Part shown: positions 61,616-64,000 of the stretch, in pieces
Layout: each line of letters opens with the position of its first letter
Numbering within the stretch: the stretch's first letter is position 1
From: Bugula neritina
Taxonomy: Eukaryota; Animalia; Bryozoa
Reading direction: 5' to 3'
NCBI GenBank assembly: GCA_964035545.1
Contig: OZ037769.1
Coordinates: 6,739,929 to 6,803,928, forward strand
Length of the DNA: 64,000 nt
Program-made: the position numbers and the translations under genes
Notes under the pieces: generated by a model
What the model saw: only the letters and a program-made list of their open reading frames with translations
What the model was told of the DNA's origin: nothing
The model's database searches: none

Positions 61616-63421
61616 ATGATCGACAAAATTTACCTCCTGGTGCTGATTGTTGCCGTTGCAGTAATTCTGAGAACAATCAATGCAAGCGAAATCTCAGCTG
61701 CAGTTCAGTTCAACTGGGATACGCAGCATAACAAGAGAAATATTTTAATCAAGGATGGACTTCTAGTGTGTCATAAATCTGATCAGTCTAGCAGTCTACA
61801 AATAATTTTAGCTTTTGCAGGTAAAAAGCTGTTGGATACATTATCTCTACTGCTGGTCAGTAGTGCAACTTCCTTAAAAATCAGTGAAGACCCTTCTTCT
61901 ACAGGTTATACTGCTTTCAATGAATCATCTTGCAGGTTGAAGTTAGAACAGTCGCCAAAAGATGACGACTCTTACTCAATCGCATCTCAATTTTTTGATC
62001 TCAAACAGAGTCTCTGGAACCCGCAAAATACTCACTTAACTATCTACGCCGTACCAAGGTACCCTGAAAACCACAACCCTCTACTACCTCTGAGTTTACA
62101 GCAATGACTAGACGACATGAGTCCAAAAGAATTTCTAACTTACGTACTCAAAGAACTTACATTAGAAGAGAGAGAATCTCTGATGGTGGATGAAAGACAA
62201 AGACGTAAAACATTTCTAGTCAACTGGCCATACGATGATCAGAGGTCTGGTGTAAAGATGGCACAAGCAGGATTATATTCATTGAACTGTGCTGACAGAG
62301 TCCAGTGTGTCTTCTGCAGAGGAAGTCTCCATCAGTGGAACTCTGCGGATACACCAATGGTTGAACATGCAAGATCCTTTACTTTCTGTAGATTTGTCAA
62401 AGGTTTAGAATGTGGGAACAGAGAGTATAAATCAAACATGCTTTCTGAAGATGACGTTAAAAATATAACAAAATTCTATAAGCCGACAGGAAGTGAAAGA
62501 CAACAAAGAACTCACAGCGAGTCAGTAGACGGAGCCGTGTTAGGAATATCTACCAACAAAGCAGCCCTCATACGTTACGCTCCGGCAGCTACCAGAATAC
62601 GAACATTTGCTCGTTGGCCAGCATCAAGTCCAATCACAGCTCAGAGAATGTGTGAGGCTGGATTTTATTTCACAGGATTTGAAGATCAGGTTCGCTGCTT
62701 CTTTTGTGCCGGAGGAGTTAAACATTGGAGAGAGAATGATGATCCTTGGGAAGAACATGCCAGATGGTTTCCAGACTGCGCTTTCCTGATCCAACAGAAG
62801 GGTCAAGGATATGTTGAGGAGGTACACGCTAAAACTCCGAATAACATGAAAAGCGTTAGAAAAACCCAGGCACAGAAATCTGCAGAAACCAAACAGAATG
62901 ACCAGAGAAAGAAAGAGCAAGATATGCAGAGTATATGCTTGAAACTTGGGTACACCAAAGAAGATATTGATAGAGTGCTTGAAATTAATGGTAAACCATT
63001 TAGTAACATCAGTATGATGATAGACGCCCTCAACGGCGATGAGGTTGAAGACGATTCCACAACTATGAGGGCTGCTCCTAGACATGTTACCAACTCTACC
63101 AAATCTACATCTTCAACATGCCCTGAAGAAGATCGTCATAAACTACTTGTAAATCAAGATGGCGCAAGCTATAACCCCGGGACATTTAATGGAAATGAAA
63201 TCCAGCCAAAATATCAGTTAGGTTGCAGAAAATGTGAAATGACCACCGAAGGATTTGTTCCTGCCACACACGTAGGACTCCCGTGTGGTCACCTTATCTA
63301 TTGTGACTCTTGTAACAGTGAGGAAAAGCGTAAAGCTAGTTTTTCTAATTATGTAGCAAAATGTCCAGCTTATAAATGCGGAGCACCACTAAAGGGATCA
63401 ATCAAAGTCTATTTTTCATAA
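61616..63421 (+). CDS. IAP copy 4: hydrophobic N-terminal extension, in-frame UGA (62105-62107), then BIR-BIR-UBA-like-RING (434 aa from ATG 62117)
   Basis: ORFs 61529-62107 and 62117-63421 are in the same frame; two intact BIRs; LKLGYTKEDIDRVL UBA-like; RING CRKC...PCGHLIYCDSC...CPAYKC with IAP-type tail IKVYFS; AATAAA at ~63475. Confidence 0.88.
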
Positions 63422-64000
63422 ACAATCTGTGGAGCATCACATTCTAGGTCAATTAATTAGTATATTTTTTCTATAATAAAATGTTTTGTTTATGTTTTTT
63501 AATATACAGCTTATTTTATTGATGTGCAAGAACTCACTTTTTATAACCTAAAAACCCCATTCTATACTTATACTGCTATGACTGATATATTTACCAACAG
63601 TACTAGATTAGTATATAAATTTTTATATAAATTACTTATCTATATTCTTAAACTGTAATTAAATATAATTAGTAGATAATTGGTATAATATTTCAAATTA
63701 TTCAAATGCATATTTTATCTAAAATATAATTATTTTTATTTACCATATATAAACGAACAACACAAAAACTACAATCAAGACATTGTTTAGCTGTCCAAAG
63801 GAGACATGAAAGTAAATTAGTACATATTTGTCCAATATAAGAAAAGAAGGATAACTCCAAACAAGCATTACAGTAGCCAATACTTTTTAAGCCGAGTATG
63901 AAATTGAAATGCGGCACCCACAGGATGTGCATTGTTGATTATTGTTGCCTCTGTGTTGATGCAAGGTCACCAAAGTCATCAAGGTTTGATTTGTATGGTG

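Overview
AT-rich, intron-rich animal genomic DNA, probably an invertebrate and possibly a lophotrochozoan (inferred from the IAP expansion and the TE types). 1-21.6 kb: the 3' ~80% of a phospholipase C-gamma gene on +. I traced its exons by hand with consistent intron phases: EF-hands, X-box, split PH, nSH2, cSH2, SH3, Y-box, C2 and C-tail. The gene has a duplicated, apparently mutually exclusive exon pair for the N-half of nSH2, and several intronic minisatellites built from copies of real splice sites. 23.8-63.4 kb: a rearranged cluster of four IAP (BIR-BIR) genes with intronless BIR cassettes, in two inverted pairs. One pair has lost its RING, which survives as a fossil after the stop. The other pair shares a near-identical BIR-BIR cassette with different ends. 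The last copy has a signal-peptide-like N-terminus, separated from BIR-BIR-UBA-RING by a UGA in the UGA-CUAG readthrough context. Interspersed are an orphan two-exon PMCA fragment and a young intact 7.9-kb Gypsy LTR element with a -1 frameshift signal and an extra spliced zinc-finger/coiled-coil gene where env would be. Also present: a decayed Penelope-like element with a hammerhead ribozyme, several MITEs, a probable solo LTR, a SINE and microsatellites. All calls come from manual reading; no database searches were run.
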